DNA of 64,000 bases from Chloroflexota bacterium (GCA_963662335.2 CAXXVD010000001.1:678669-742668); one strand, 5' to 3'; positions 10,285 through 20,706 are shown, numbered from the stretch's first letter. Notes: generated from the sequence alone by a model not told the origin. A program made the numbers and translations.

Positions 10285-11877
10285 ATGGACGTATTGAAGC
10301 GACGTTTCGCTTACCTGTGGGCGTTGGCGCTCTTGTTGCTGTTGCCGGCGTGCGGCACCGTGGTGGTGCAAGAGCCGGCAGCGGTAGAGCCGCCCAGCGC
10401 GCGCGACGTCACGCTGGCGTACGTGCAAGCGGCCATTGCCCGCTACGAGCAAAGCGGCCTGGATGCGACGGTCGCATACTACAATAGCGTCGAGAGCGTC
10501 GCCGACGGGCGGAGCTTGATGCTGCTGCAAGCCGGCGAGCAGACCGTCCTGGCCACCGCGCTCTACCCGGCGCTCAGAGGTTCAGCGATGTTCAGCGGGC
10601 CGAACACCCCGCTGGGGCGCCAATTCTCCCAGGCCACCGCGGCCGGATTCTGGTTCCAGGACTTCTCGGTGAATCCGCGTACCGGCGAGCAAGAGCCGAG
10701 CGAGTTCGTGGCCGTGCTGCACAAGGACCTGATCTTCGTCTCGGTGCACGCCGTCCTGCGGGAGAACCTGGCGGCAGCCGCCAAGGACTACGTGCAACGG
10801 GCGCTCGACTTCTTCGACCGCGAGGGGCTGGACGCGACGATAGCATTCTATGATAGCTGGCAGAGCCTGGACGGGCAGTTCTATCTCTTCCTCATCGGCG
10901 CAGACGACATCTACCTCGCTCATCCGATCTTCCCGCACCTGAAAGGCACCGACATCAAGGACGTGGTGGCCTCTGACGGGTATGCGTTGGGCAAGGAGAT
11001 TGCCAAGGCGACGGCGGAAGGCCATTGGGTGGACTACTTGTGGCCGCACCCGGTGACCCGGCTGGAGGAGGCCAAGAGCACCTGGGTCGTCCGCCACGCC
11101 GGCCTGATATTTGCCTCAGGCTATTACACGCCGGGTCCCGATGCGGAAGAACCGGCCTGGAAGGACGCCGACCCCCATGACTATACGGTGACCTACGTGC
11201 GCAAGGCGATTGAGCGCTATGACCGCGACGGCCTGGAAGCGTTCACGCACTACTACCAGAGCGTGGCGAGTTTCGAGGGGCAGTGGTACCTGTTCGCGAT
11301 GGACGCCAACGACGTCTACATACTGCACCCGCTGCTGCCGCAATTGATCGGCACGGACATCAAGGACGTGGTGGATTCTACCGGGTACGAGTTAGGCAAG
11401 GAAATTGCCAAGGCGACGGCGGAGGGCCATTGGATCGAGTATCTTTGGCCGCACCCGTTCACCTTGCAGGACGCGCCCAAGGTTGCCTACGCGCTCCGGC
11501 ACGACAATCGCATCTTTGCTTCCGGCTACTATCCGGCGCCGGATCCCGAGGCGGCCACGCGCGCCTACGTCGAGAAAGCCATCGCGTACTACGCTGAGCA
11601 TGGGCTCGAGGCGACGGTGAAACACTACAACAGCCTCGAGAGCATCGAGGGTCAGTGGTTCTTGCAACTCACCGACGGCGATGGCAAGTTCCTCACCTTT
11701 GCCATCGCTCCCCAACTCGTCGGCACCAGCACAGGCAAGAGGGGTTCACCCGAAGGGGAATGGTACGTTTCGGAGAACGTGGACAATCCCCAAACGCCGG
11801 AGAAGGATGTCTTGCACCTCTTGCTCATCCTGCACGATGGGCTCCACTTTGGCGCGGGGTACTTCGCCTCCGAATAG
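10285..11877 (+). CDS. Lipoprotein with four tandem single-Cache-like domains
   Basis: Lipobox LLLLPAC; four repeats of YV..AI..Y...GL.AT..YY.S...W..Y.WPHP...SGYY. Confidence 0.8.
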   Translation: MDVLKRRFAYLWALALLLLLPACGTVVVQEPAAVEPPSARDVTLAYVQAAIARYEQSGLDATVAYYNSVESVADGRSLMLLQAGEQTVLATALYPALRGSAMFSGPNTPLGRQFSQATAAGFWFQDFSVNPRTGEQEPSEFVAVLHKDLIFVSVHAVLRENLAAAAKDYVQRALDFFDREGLDATIAFYDSWQSLDGQFYLFLIGADDIYLAHPIFPHLKGTDIKDVVASDGYALGKEIAKATAEGHWVDYLWPHPVTRLEEAKSTWVVRHAGLIFASGYYTPGPDAEEPAWKDADPHDYTVTYVRKAIERYDRDGLEAFTHYYQSVASFEGQWYLFAMDANDVYILHPLLPQLIGTDIKDVVDSTGYELGKEIAKATAEGHWIEYLWPHPFTLQDAPKVAYALRHDNRIFASGYYPAPDPEAATRAYVEKAIAYYAEHGLEATVKHYNSLESIEGQWFLQLTDGDGKFLTFAIAPQLVGTSTGKRGSPEGEWYVSENVDNPQTPEKDVLHLLLILHDGLHFGAGYFASE

Positions 11878-11969
11878 GGAGATAGCGCGCGCGCGCCCGG
11901 CGGGGCGGCTATGGCCGCCCCGCCGGGCTAGGGTCGCTTCGCCGGAAAGTGTTGCGCCCCCTCTCTCCG

Positions 11970-12016
11970 GTAGCGTAGGTTTGCAACCTGCGTCGCCGGT
12001 AGGTTCGCAACCTGCG
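11970..12016. repeat. GTAG-class REP doublet between convergent genes
   Basis: GTAGCGTAGGTTTGCAACCTGCG twice. Confidence 0.8.
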
Positions 12017-12191
12017 CCGCCGGGAAGAGGAGGCGTTTCCCGTCTTTGGCGCGGATTCTCACGCGGCAGCCGCAAGACTTTCCTCATACTGGATGGGGGC
12101 GCAGCGACGATCTGCGCGGGCGCGCGGCCCATGAGGGCGTGGCGCATCTGCGCAGGGCGCGATCCCGCGCCGCGCCGCCGGCCGCGGTAGC

Positions 12192-13961
12192 CTACGCCGA
12201 TGCCTTTTCGCGCGCCGCGGACACGTTGATGACGTCGATGCCCTGGAACTTCGTGTGGTGCACGGATGAAGCGTAGTGCCGCAGGAGGCGTATCGAGGCG
12301 TCTTGTTCGGCTTCGGGGTCCGGGGATTCCCCCAGGTAGGCGATTTGGTCTTCGATGTTCCCTTCACCGGCGGCCGCCAGGAACTCGAAGTGCGCGCTAT
12401 CGCCTTCCATGCGCAGGCTTATGACCAAGCGCCGTTCCGAGGCGGCGGCATCTTCATCGTCCTCCTGCACCAGGCTCAAGAGCAGTTCTTCGCCAATGGC
12501 GCGCAGGCGTTCCGTGCCGGCTGTCGTCCACTTGTGCCGCTCGCCGAACGCTACGATGAACTCGTCGATGGTCGGCAGCGACTCCGCGCGCAGCGGCGCT
12601 TCGATCTTCCGCTGCCGCGAGCCGGTGAGTTCCTGCACGAACGTCAGTCCCAACGCCATCAGGCCGCCCACGGTCACGCCGCTGCCGAGCAAGTCCCGCA
12701 CGATCCCGCCAAAGAACGCCGCAATCGTCTCGGCCATGAGGCCGGACATGAGCGAAACGGCGATGATGAGCGTCTTGCGGTGGTCGAGCTTGGTGGAAAG
12801 CGCCACCCGCGCCCCTTCCACGAAGAGCAGGCCGAAGACGATCACGTAGACCGCCATGAGCACCGCGTCCGGAATGGCCATGAGAAACGCCACCAGCTTG
12901 GGCAAAAGCGCCGCGCCGATGGTGAAGAGGCCCAGATAGATGCCGACGCCGCGCGCGGCGACGCCGGTGAGCGTGACGTACGTGGCGGTGAGCGCCCACG
13001 GCGTGGTGGCGGACGGGATGCCCAACGCGCCGGCGAAGAGGTTGCCAATGCCGTAAGCGTTCAGCCCGCCCTGCACCACGCGGAAATCCTGCGCGCGATA
13101 CTCCCGGCGCGAGGCGCGCTGGATGACGGCGGTGTCGCCCACGGCTTTCACGAACGTCACCAGGCCGACGAAGATGAAGGTCGGCAGCAGCGAGAAGAAG
13201 TCAACGCTGAAACTCAGGTCGAAGCCTTCCCACACCGGCGGGGGGAAGCCAACCCACGCCGCCGCGGCCACCGCGCTGTTGTCATAGAGTCCGAAAGGAA
13301 GAGAAGCGGCGAGGCCGGCCAGGATCATAATGCCGACAATCCAGAGCCGCCACGCTTGCGGCGCCCGCAAGACTACCAGCACGCCCACCGTCAAGGTTAC
13401 GCCAAACACCACGAACGCTTCCCGTAGCAGGTCTTCAGGCGTATCGGAAATGACGCTGCGGGAGAGAAACGGCGCGGCGGTTGAGGCCACCAGCATGACG
13501 ATCGTGCCGCTGACGACGGGCGTAAACACGCGGCGCAAGAGCGCTAACCGCCACGTAAGCAAAATCTGCGCCAGCGTGGAGACGACGGTCAGGCTCGCCA
13601 GCAGCGCCGGCCCGCCTTTCGCCAGCGCCAGCGTGGAGATGGCGATGAAGGGAATGTTGAACCCGGTCAGGATCAGGTGGCCCGAGCCAATTCTGCCCAG
13701 GCGGAAGACCTGCAACATCGTCGTCAGGCCGCAACTGACCAGCGTCATGAAGACGGCCCACAGCAAGTAGCCGCCGGGATAGCCGGAAAAGCGGATGACC
13801 GCGGTGGACATCACCACAACCATGACCACGTTTGGCGCGGCCATCTGCGCGGCGGTGGCTATGGCCGGCAGCGGCGGACACGTCTCCTCCGGCTCGTAGA
13901 GGATATTGGGGTTTACGGCTCTCGCTTCGTTCATCGCAGAATTCGCCAACCGCGCCTCCAT
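12192..13961 (-). CDS. NCS2-like permease with a C-terminal degenerate HATPase/RsbW-like domain (paralog of 4885-6684)
   Basis: ILYEPEETCP, TMLQVFRLGRIGSG; tail TERLRAIGEE...SIRLLRHYASSVHH.K..GIDV; alternative start 13934. Confidence 0.8.
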   Translation of the reverse strand: MEARLANSAMNEARAVNPNILYEPEETCPPLPAIATAAQMAAPNVVMVVVMSTAVIRFSGYPGGYLLWAVFMTLVSCGLTTMLQVFRLGRIGSGHLILTGFNIPFIAISTLALAKGGPALLASLTVVSTLAQILLTWRLALLRRVFTPVVSGTIVMLVASTAAPFLSRSVISDTPEDLLREAFVVFGVTLTVGVLVVLRAPQAWRLWIVGIMILAGLAASLPFGLYDNSAVAAAAWVGFPPPVWEGFDLSFSVDFFSLLPTFIFVGLVTFVKAVGDTAVIQRASRREYRAQDFRVVQGGLNAYGIGNLFAGALGIPSATTPWALTATYVTLTGVAARGVGIYLGLFTIGAALLPKLVAFLMAIPDAVLMAVYVIVFGLLFVEGARVALSTKLDHRKTLIIAVSLMSGLMAETIAAFFGGIVRDLLGSGVTVGGLMALGLTFVQELTGSRQRKIEAPLRAESLPTIDEFIVAFGERHKWTTAGTERLRAIGEELLLSLVQEDDEDAAASERRLVISLRMEGDSAHFEFLAAAGEGNIEDQIAYLGESPDPEAEQDASIRLLRHYASSVHHTKFQGIDVINVSAAREKASA

Positions 13962-14309
13962 CCGCCTGGGCCGCCGGCTCCTGGCGCCTCACCGGCGCCC
14001 CGCCAGCAGAATACTTCCACCCCGCCGGCGCCGTCGCGCGCGGCGCCCTGCGCGTACAATGATTGAATGATACGATAGTTCGCCGGAGCGCGCATTTCAA
14101 GTGAAGAAGAAAGCGATGCGAGAGGGAAAACTGGCCCGGGCGCGATGGGCGCTCGCGCCGGCGCTGCGCGGCGGCCTATAGAAGTGTACGTGGCGGAGAC
14201 GATGCCGCGTCGTGCGCAATGAGCCGGCTTGACGAGAAGCGCGTTGTCGTTCGCCCGGCGCGCGCGGGCGTTGAGTCAAGGGCCGGTCGTTGGCCGGCAG
14301 GAAACTACT

Positions 14310-15245
14310 ATGAACTATGGTAGCAAATCGTGGCTCGTCTTTCTCTGGCTGCTCATAGTGGCGCTTGCGGGCTGCGCCGCGCCGCCTGAATCGCAAGCCG
14401 TCGACAGGATAGCGGCCGGGGAAGGCGGCAGCGCCACCGCCGGAGCGAACGCGCCCCACCCCAGGGACTGTCCGCTATCCGTTCCCAGCATCGCGAAGCC
14501 GCCGGATTCCCCGTACCGCGACCCGCTGCCGCGCGGCCTCTACTTCATCAGCGCCGATAAGGCAATCTGGGCGATGGTAGAACCCTGGCGGCAAGGGACC
14601 CAAAAAGCGCTGTGGGTCAAACCGGCCGGCGCGCAACTGGTGGTGCGGGGCCGGCGGCTGGACGGCGATGCCGCGCCGCTCTGGGCCGCTATTCCCGCCG
14701 GGTACGACGGCGACTTTCAGGCGAGCCGGTTGCTCTTCCCTACCGCCGGCTGCTGGGAGATCGAAGCCCGCGCCAATGACAGCGTGTTGCGCTTCGTCTA
14801 CTACATCAAGCCGGAGCCGGCGCCCGCGCCAGAGCCGGCGTGCGCGCAGATTGGCGACGTGGTCAAGCCGGACAGGGTGATAATCGTGGGCCGCGTCGAG
14901 CAGCGCGCGCTGGACGCCAGCGGACGCTGGCTCTGGCTGAGCGTCCGCGTGAAGCAAGACCTGTATCCCTATTCATTGCGATGGGAAACTGTGGGCATTG
15001 ACGACGTGCTCCCGGTCCTGCAGGACGGTCGGCAGGAACCTCTGCTTGCCGCAGAGAACGACTACGTGCTCGCGCTCCACGGCGATCCGTGGCAGATCCT
15101 CTGTCCACGGCAGACGCTGGCAAAGGTTGACTATGCGCAGGAGCCCGCCCGCGCGGCGCCGCTAGCGCCGGACGAAACGCTCTGGTCGGGAGCGACGGTG
15201 GCGGCAATCGAAGCCCAAATCAAGGCGGCGCAGCGGTCGCAATAG
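14310..15245 (+). CDS. Hypothetical lipoprotein
   Basis: Signal peptide ending VALAGC; FPTAGCWEI motif resembles DUF4871-like proteins. Confidence 0.7.
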   Translation: MNYGSKSWLVFLWLLIVALAGCAAPPESQAVDRIAAGEGGSATAGANAPHPRDCPLSVPSIAKPPDSPYRDPLPRGLYFISADKAIWAMVEPWRQGTQKALWVKPAGAQLVVRGRRLDGDAAPLWAAIPAGYDGDFQASRLLFPTAGCWEIEARANDSVLRFVYYIKPEPAPAPEPACAQIGDVVKPDRVIIVGRVEQRALDASGRWLWLSVRVKQDLYPYSLRWETVGIDDVLPVLQDGRQEPLLAAENDYVLALHGDPWQILCPRQTLAKVDYAQEPARAAPLAPDETLWSGATVAAIEAQIKAAQRSQ

Positions 15246-15361
15246 AGCCGCTGAGCGGTTGCGCGCGCCGGCAGGCTTCAGTAGGGCGGCGCGGATGCAG
15301 TCTTGTCCAAAGCGGATGGCTCAATCGCCAAAGGCTCGAGGAAGCGGCCTGGCAATCTCAC

Positions 15362-16474
15362 CTACAGAAAGACCATGTTGTTGCGGTGGACGGCCTCGTC
15401 GCCGAAGGACTCAGGCAGCAGGTTGGCGATCTCGCTGGAGTTCTTGCCCATGATCTTGCGCAGTTCGTCGGACGGGTAGTTCGCCAGGCCGCAGGCGAAA
15501 GCGTCCCCGCCCGCGGCGCGGATTTCCACCGTATCGCCCCGCTGGAACGCGCCTTCCACCGCGATGATGCCGGCCGGCAGCAGGCTGCGGCCGTTGCGCA
15601 GCAGGGCGTTGGCCGCGCCGGCGTCGACGATGAGGCGGTGGCCGCGGGCCAGGTCCGACGCCATCCAGGCCTCCCGCAGTTTGCGGGTGCGGCTGACCTT
15701 GCTGGCAAAGCGGGTGCCCACCGGCTCGCCCGCGGCCACGGCCAGCATCACGTCCGGCAGCGTGCCCCGGCAGATCACCACGTCCGTGCCGGCGGCGGTG
15801 GCCATGCGGGCGGCCTTGATCTTGGTGGCCATGCCGCCGACGCTGCGGGCCGAGCCCGCGCCGCCGGCCATCGCCTCCACCTCGCGCGTGATGCTCGCCA
15901 CTACCGGCACGTGGGTCGCGGCGGCGTCGCTGCGCGGATCGGCGGTATAGAGGCCCTCGATGTCCGTCAGCATGGCGAGCAGATCGGCGTCGACCAGATT
16001 GGCCACCAGCGCGGAGAGCGTATCGTTGTCGCCAATCTGGTGCAGTTCGGCCACGGCGACCACGTCGTTCTCGTTGCAGATCGGCAGGACGCCGGCTTCC
16101 AGCAGCCCCAGCAGCGTATTGCGCGCGTTCAGGTAGCCGTCGCGCTGCAATTCCGTGCTGGTGAAGAGCGCCTGGGCCACGGCGATGCCGTAGGGCGCAA
16201 AGAGTTCGGCATAGGCGTTCATGAGGAGCGGCTGGCCGATGGCGGCGAAGATCTGGCGCGCGGGAATGCCCTTGCCCTCCGGCGGCGGCACGCCGGCGCT
16301 CGCGCCCGCCGCCACCGCGCCGGAGGTGACCAGCACCACTTGCTTGCCCTGCCCGCGCAAGGCGCCGATCTGGCGCGCGTAGTCGGCCATGCGCGCGCGA
16401 TCGAGTTGCTTGCCGCCGTGGGTGAGCAGATTGGTGCCGATCTTGATGACGATGCGTTGCCGAGATGCCGCCAT
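15362..16474 (-). CDS. proB: Glutamate 5-kinase
   Basis: VIKIGTN, SGAVAAG, NENDVV, GDNDTLSA, GGMATK, C-terminal PUA domain. Confidence 0.97.
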   Translation of the reverse strand: MAASRQRIVIKIGTNLLTHGGKQLDRARMADYARQIGALRGQGKQVVLVTSGAVAAGASAGVPPPEGKGIPARQIFAAIGQPLLMNAYAELFAPYGIAVAQALFTSTELQRDGYLNARNTLLGLLEAGVLPICNENDVVAVAELHQIGDNDTLSALVANLVDADLLAMLTDIEGLYTADPRSDAAATHVPVVASITREVEAMAGGAGSARSVGGMATKIKAARMATAAGTDVVICRGTLPDVMLAVAAGEPVGTRFASKVSRTRKLREAWMASDLARGHRLIVDAGAANALLRNGRSLLPAGIIAVEGAFQRGDTVEIRAAGGDAFACGLANYPSDELRKIMGKNSSEIANLLPESFGDEAVHRNNMVFL

Positions 16475-16644
16475 GTATTGCCTACCGTTTACCAAAAGAG
16501 GAAAAAACGCCTACCAAGACAGAATACCAAGCCCGCCGTGTTGCACGAAAGCGGCATGATTAGGCAAGATTATTCTAGCACGGCGCTCTTGGCGCGGGCC
16601 GTGCGCACCGGCGGCCATTGAACGCGGGAGTTGAGCAACGGCTT

Positions 16645-17337
16645 ATGGACATCCAAGCACTCAGTCTGATACTTGCGGCGTACGTAGTGGGAGCGTTTCC
16701 CTTCGTCTACTTGCTCGGGCGGCTTGCCGGGGTAGACCTGCGGGACGAGGGCAGCCAGAATGTCGGCGGGACGAATCTGTGGCGCACGGTGGGGCCGCTT
16801 GCCGGGGTCATGGGCGCGGCGCTGGACGTGGGCAAGGGCGTGGCGCTTGTGCTGGCAGCCCGGGCCCTGAACTTCGATGAAGGCGTTGTGGGGCTGGCCG
16901 CAATTGCGGCCGTAGTGGGACAGTGCTGGCCGGTCTTCCTCCGTTTTCGCGGCGGTCGCGGCATTTCGGTGGTGGGCGGGGCCGTGGTCGCCTACTCGCC
17001 CCTGACCTTTGTCCTGGCCGTCCTACCGGCTGTCGCCGGTTTGGCGGCCTACGCCATTATCATGAGCCGCCAGCAGCAGGACGCCGCCACGATCATCGAG
17101 GGAAGCGGTGGCAACAGCCGCACCGTACCCGTTTGCATGATGTTCTCGATTGTGATCCTGCCTTTCATGGGCGCTGCCCTCGGCGAGTCGTTCTCTGATG
17201 TAAGTTTATTTGCGGCACTCTCGCTACTCTTGATTCTGCGCCGTCTCACCGCCGGCCTGCGACAAGACTGGGGTTCCGCAATCCCGCTCTTTAGACGGTT
17301 GCGCAACCGGTTTCTCTACGACCGCGCCCAAGTGTAG
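16645..17337 (+). CDS. plsY: Glycerol-3-phosphate acyltransferase PlsY family
   Basis: GSQNVGGTN, DVGKG, WPVFLRFRGGRG motifs. Confidence 0.85.
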   Translation: MDIQALSLILAAYVVGAFPFVYLLGRLAGVDLRDEGSQNVGGTNLWRTVGPLAGVMGAALDVGKGVALVLAARALNFDEGVVGLAAIAAVVGQCWPVFLRFRGGRGISVVGGAVVAYSPLTFVLAVLPAVAGLAAYAIIMSRQQQDAATIIEGSGGNSRTVPVCMMFSIVILPFMGAALGESFSDVSLFAALSLLLILRRLTAGLRQDWGSAIPLFRRLRNRFLYDRAQV

Positions 17338-17360
17338 GCAACCATAGAGAATGGTCCTCC

Positions 17361-19082
17361 CTAGTATCCCATGGCTACGGAGGTCGGGTAGTACGGATCG
17401 GCGGCGCCGATGAGCAAACGGCCCTGCCGCTGGATCGCCACCGGACTGGCAAAGTAGCGCGGCAGGAAGGCCTCTTCCGCCGCAACGACGTCGTGACCGC
17501 GCCGGGCCAGTTCCGCGCGCACGGCCGGGTCGATGCGGACGCTTACGATCGGGCGCAACGTGCTGCAATCGATGCGCGGCGCGTCCACCGCGGCTTGCGC
17601 GTCCAGGTCGAAGTCCACCAGGTTCACGGCCAGTTGCGTCACGGTATTGATGATGCGCCGGCCGCCGGAAGCGCCCAGCGCCGCCAGCGCCGTGCCGCCG
17701 CGTTCCAGCACGATTGGGCACATGTTGTTCAGCGGTTTCTTGCCGCCTTCCGTCGAGTTGCTCGTGCCCGGCTCCGGGTTGTACCACATCATGCCGTTGT
17801 TCAGCAGCACGCCGGTGTCCGGCGCCACCACCCGCGAGCCCCAGGCCGAGAGCAGCGTCTGCGTCAGCGCCACCGCGTTGCCCGCGCCGTCCATCGCGGC
17901 CAGGTGTGTGGTGGATTCCGCGTTGGAACCGGGCACGGGCCGTGACTCCCCCGCGCCGTTGCCCGCCTGGTACCGCCAGGGATCGCCCGGCGCGCGTTCC
18001 GGTTGCGCCCGCTCCGGCTCGATCGTCCGCGCCAGCGCCGCGGCATAGTCTTTCGCCAGCAGGCCGTCCAGCGGCACCGGCGTGCGCGCCGGGTCGGCCA
18101 TGTAGGCGAAACGATCGGCAAAGGCCTGGCCGGAGGCCTCGATGAACGTATGCAAATGGTCGGCCGTATTGTGGCCGCACGCGCGCACGTCGAAGTTCTC
18201 AAGGATGTTCAGGGTCGCCATCGCGGTGGGCGCGCCGGTGCCGCCCCTCATGCCGATCACGTTCGCGCCCCGGTACGTCCCCAGGACGGACTCCGTGTGC
18301 ACGGTTGCTTCATACTGCGCAAAGTCGCCGGCGGTCAGAATGCCGCCGTTTTCCTGCACGTGGCGGGCGATCTTCTCCCCAAGCGCGCCGCCGTAGAGCG
18401 CGGACGGGCCTTCCTCCGCCAACGCACGCAGCGTGGCGGCCAGTTCCGGCTGCCGCAACCGGCCCGCCTCCCCCGGCTCCATGGCGAACGGCAGGCGGTG
18501 GGGATAACCGTCGCTGAGATAGGTAGCCGCGGTTGCGGGAAATTGCCGCAGCAAGGCCAGGTCTTGCGCCTGCCACATGGTCTCGAACCAGGAGAGCGCA
18601 AAACCCTCTTCCGCCAGGCGAATGGCCGGTTCGACAGCGCGGTCCAGCCCAATCGTGCCAAAGCGTCCCAGGGCCGCCGCCATGCCGGCCACCATGCCCG
18701 GGATGGCAATCGACCGGTAGCCGTAGATGTTGGCGTTGCCTTCGACCAGGCGCCAGCCGAAGAGTTCGCTATCATAGCCTTCCGCCAGCCGCCACATGTC
18801 GGGCGCGGCCGCCAGCGGGGCTTGCATGGGAAAGGCCACCACCGCCCGCTGCCGGGTCTCCGGCATGAAGATCGACATGTAGCCGCCGCCGCCCACGCCG
18901 CTCATGGGCGGCTCCACCACGCCGGCGGCAAAGGCGGTGGCTACGGCGGCGTCCACCGCGTTGCCGCCGGCTTGCAGCACTTCCCGGCCGGCCTGGGCGG
19001 CCAGGCGGTGCTTGGCCGCCACCATGCCCCCGGCCGCTTCCGCGCCGCGCACGTTTGCTTCCCACTGGGATTCCGTGGCCAT
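17361..19082 (-). CDS. ggt: Gamma-glutamyltransferase
   Basis: GGNAVDAAVA, SGVGGGG, nucleophile T in ESTTH, LNNGM, GASGGRRI; ATG 19082 has an AGGAG RBS. Confidence 0.93.
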   Translation of the reverse strand: MATESQWEANVRGAEAAGGMVAAKHRLAAQAGREVLQAGGNAVDAAVATAFAAGVVEPPMSGVGGGGYMSIFMPETRQRAVVAFPMQAPLAAAPDMWRLAEGYDSELFGWRLVEGNANIYGYRSIAIPGMVAGMAAALGRFGTIGLDRAVEPAIRLAEEGFALSWFETMWQAQDLALLRQFPATAATYLSDGYPHRLPFAMEPGEAGRLRQPELAATLRALAEEGPSALYGGALGEKIARHVQENGGILTAGDFAQYEATVHTESVLGTYRGANVIGMRGGTGAPTAMATLNILENFDVRACGHNTADHLHTFIEASGQAFADRFAYMADPARTPVPLDGLLAKDYAAALARTIEPERAQPERAPGDPWRYQAGNGAGESRPVPGSNAESTTHLAAMDGAGNAVALTQTLLSAWGSRVVAPDTGVLLNNGMMWYNPEPGTSNSTEGGKKPLNNMCPIVLERGGTALAALGASGGRRIINTVTQLAVNLVDFDLDAQAAVDAPRIDCSTLRPIVSVRIDPAVRAELARRGHDVVAAEEAFLPRYFASPVAIQRQGRLLIGAADPYYPTSVAMGY

Positions 19083-19141
19083 TGCTACTCCTGTTCCTTG
19101 AGGCGGGGCGCTATCCGCTTGGACACCGCGCGTCGTGCCGG

Positions 19142-19429
19142 TCAGCCCACACCGAGAGTGACGTACCCAAGCGCTTGGAGAATGTACAGCCCGGCGGCGG
19201 CGGCGATCGTGAGCAGAGCGATGATCTGCACCGTTTTCACGATCGGCCGCAAGAGGGCACCGACGACGCGCGAAATCAGCGAGAAGACCACGAGCACGCC
19301 AATGCCGACTCCGACCCAAATGCCCCAATCGGGAATCTGCTCCAATTCGCGCGGGCCGACGGTGCGCAGCCAGGTGGTCGCGGCGTCCAGCGCCTCTTCC
19401 GCGATTGCGAGCCAATCTTCCGTGTTCAC
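19142..19429 (-). CDS. Small hypothetical membrane protein
   Basis: Two hydrophobic helices; GGAG upstream; fills the intergenic gap. Confidence 0.6.
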   Translation of the reverse strand: MNTEDWLAIAEEALDAATTWLRTVGPRELEQIPDWGIWVGVGIGVLVVFSLISRVVGALLRPIVKTVQIIALLTIAAAAGLYILQALGYVTLGVG

Positions 19430-19705
19430 CTGGCGTCGTTCTCCCCTCTAAAGCGTGTTCCCATTGTCAAACCGCCCATGCGCCGCTGTCAACACTGTGG
19501 CGTCCGTGCGGCGCGCGGCTTTGCGGTATCATTAAGCAGGTTCCGGCGAGCGTCCGCAGACCGGCGCTCTGCCCGGCGCCACCGGATAGCTCTAACCGAA
19601 AGTCTCTCGTAATCGCGGCTCTATGGCTGCGCCGGTCACAGCAAACGAACTAACGTCGTCGCGTACGCGCTGTGCCCGCGCGTACGCATTCTAAGGAGAA
19701 AAGGC

Positions 19706-20485
19706 ATGTATACCATTGACCTACACGGCAAGCACGCGCTCGTGATGGGCGTGGCCAACAAGGAGAGCGCGGCCTGGGCCATCGTGCAGGCGCTGGCCGG
19801 CGCCGGCGCGCGCATTGCCCTGAACTACCAGACCGAACGCCTGGCCTCCCGCGTGCAGGACCTGGCGGCCACGCTGGACGAGCCGCTGGTAGCCCCCTGC
19901 GACGTGACGCATTCCGGCGAAGTGGCGGCACTGTTTTCCCGTGTGGAACAAGAATTCGGCACGCTGGACATCCTGGTGCATAGCCTGGCCTTTGCCAGCC
20001 GGGACGAATTTGCCAAAGAGTTCGTGGAGACCTCGCGCGACGGCTTTCTGCAAGCCATCGAAATCAGCGCCCACTCGCTGATAACGCTTTCGCGGGCGGC
20101 GCTGCCCCTAATGCAAGCGGCCGGCGGCGGCAGCGTGATGGCGCTGACGTATCTCGGCGGCGAGCGCGTGGTGGCGGGCTACAAGCTGATGGGCCCGGCC
20201 AAGGCCACGCTGGAGGCCAACGTGCGCTATCTGGCGGAGAACCTCGGCCCCCACAACGTCCGCGTGAACGCCATCTCGGCCGGGGCTATGCGCACCCTCT
20301 CGCTGGCGGGCATTCCCGGCGGCCGCAACTTCCTGCTGGATCTACCGGAACGCACCCCGCTGCGCCGCAACATCACCCAGGCCGAGGTGGGCGACACCGC
20401 CCTCTACCTGGCCTCGCCCCTCTCCTCAGGCGTAACCGGCGAGACCATCCATGTGGACGCGGGGTACCACATCATCGGCCTCTAG
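19706..20485 (+). CDS. fabI: Enoyl-ACP reductase
   Basis: GVANKESAAW, LTYLG, Y..MG.AKA.LE, RVNAISAG, SGVTGETIHVDAG. Confidence 0.93.
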   Translation: MYTIDLHGKHALVMGVANKESAAWAIVQALAGAGARIALNYQTERLASRVQDLAATLDEPLVAPCDVTHSGEVAALFSRVEQEFGTLDILVHSLAFASRDEFAKEFVETSRDGFLQAIEISAHSLITLSRAALPLMQAAGGGSVMALTYLGGERVVAGYKLMGPAKATLEANVRYLAENLGPHNVRVNAISAGAMRTLSLAGIPGGRNFLLDLPERTPLRRNITQAEVGDTALYLASPLSSGVTGETIHVDAGYHIIGL

Positions 20486-20532
20486 ATTGTGATCGCCGCT
20501 GCCTCGGTCGGCGCTTATCTGTGGAGAATGCA

Positions 20533-20706
20533 ATGGAAGTAAACGGTGAATTTATCGCCACTATAGCCGTCGGACTTGCGATTCTCGGTCTCCTATACCG
20601 TCTCGACGCGCGCCTGTCCCGGGCAGAGAGCCGCATATCGCGCATCGCGGGCTTGCTGGAAGGCTATTTCATCCAGGCGAGCAAGAAGGATGGTGCGGCG
20701 CATTGA
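20533..20706 (+). CDS. Small protein with one TM helix and a short coiled coil
   Basis: GGAG RBS; TM then RLDARLSRAESRISRIAGLL. Confidence 0.55.
   Translation: MEVNGEFIATIAVGLAILGLLYRLDARLSRAESRISRIAGLLEGYFIQASKKDGAAH

Noticed and set aside
19083-19415. N-terminal extension of Ggt (684-aa ORF)
   Set aside because: It overlaps a separate small membrane gene; the RBS-supported start is at 19082
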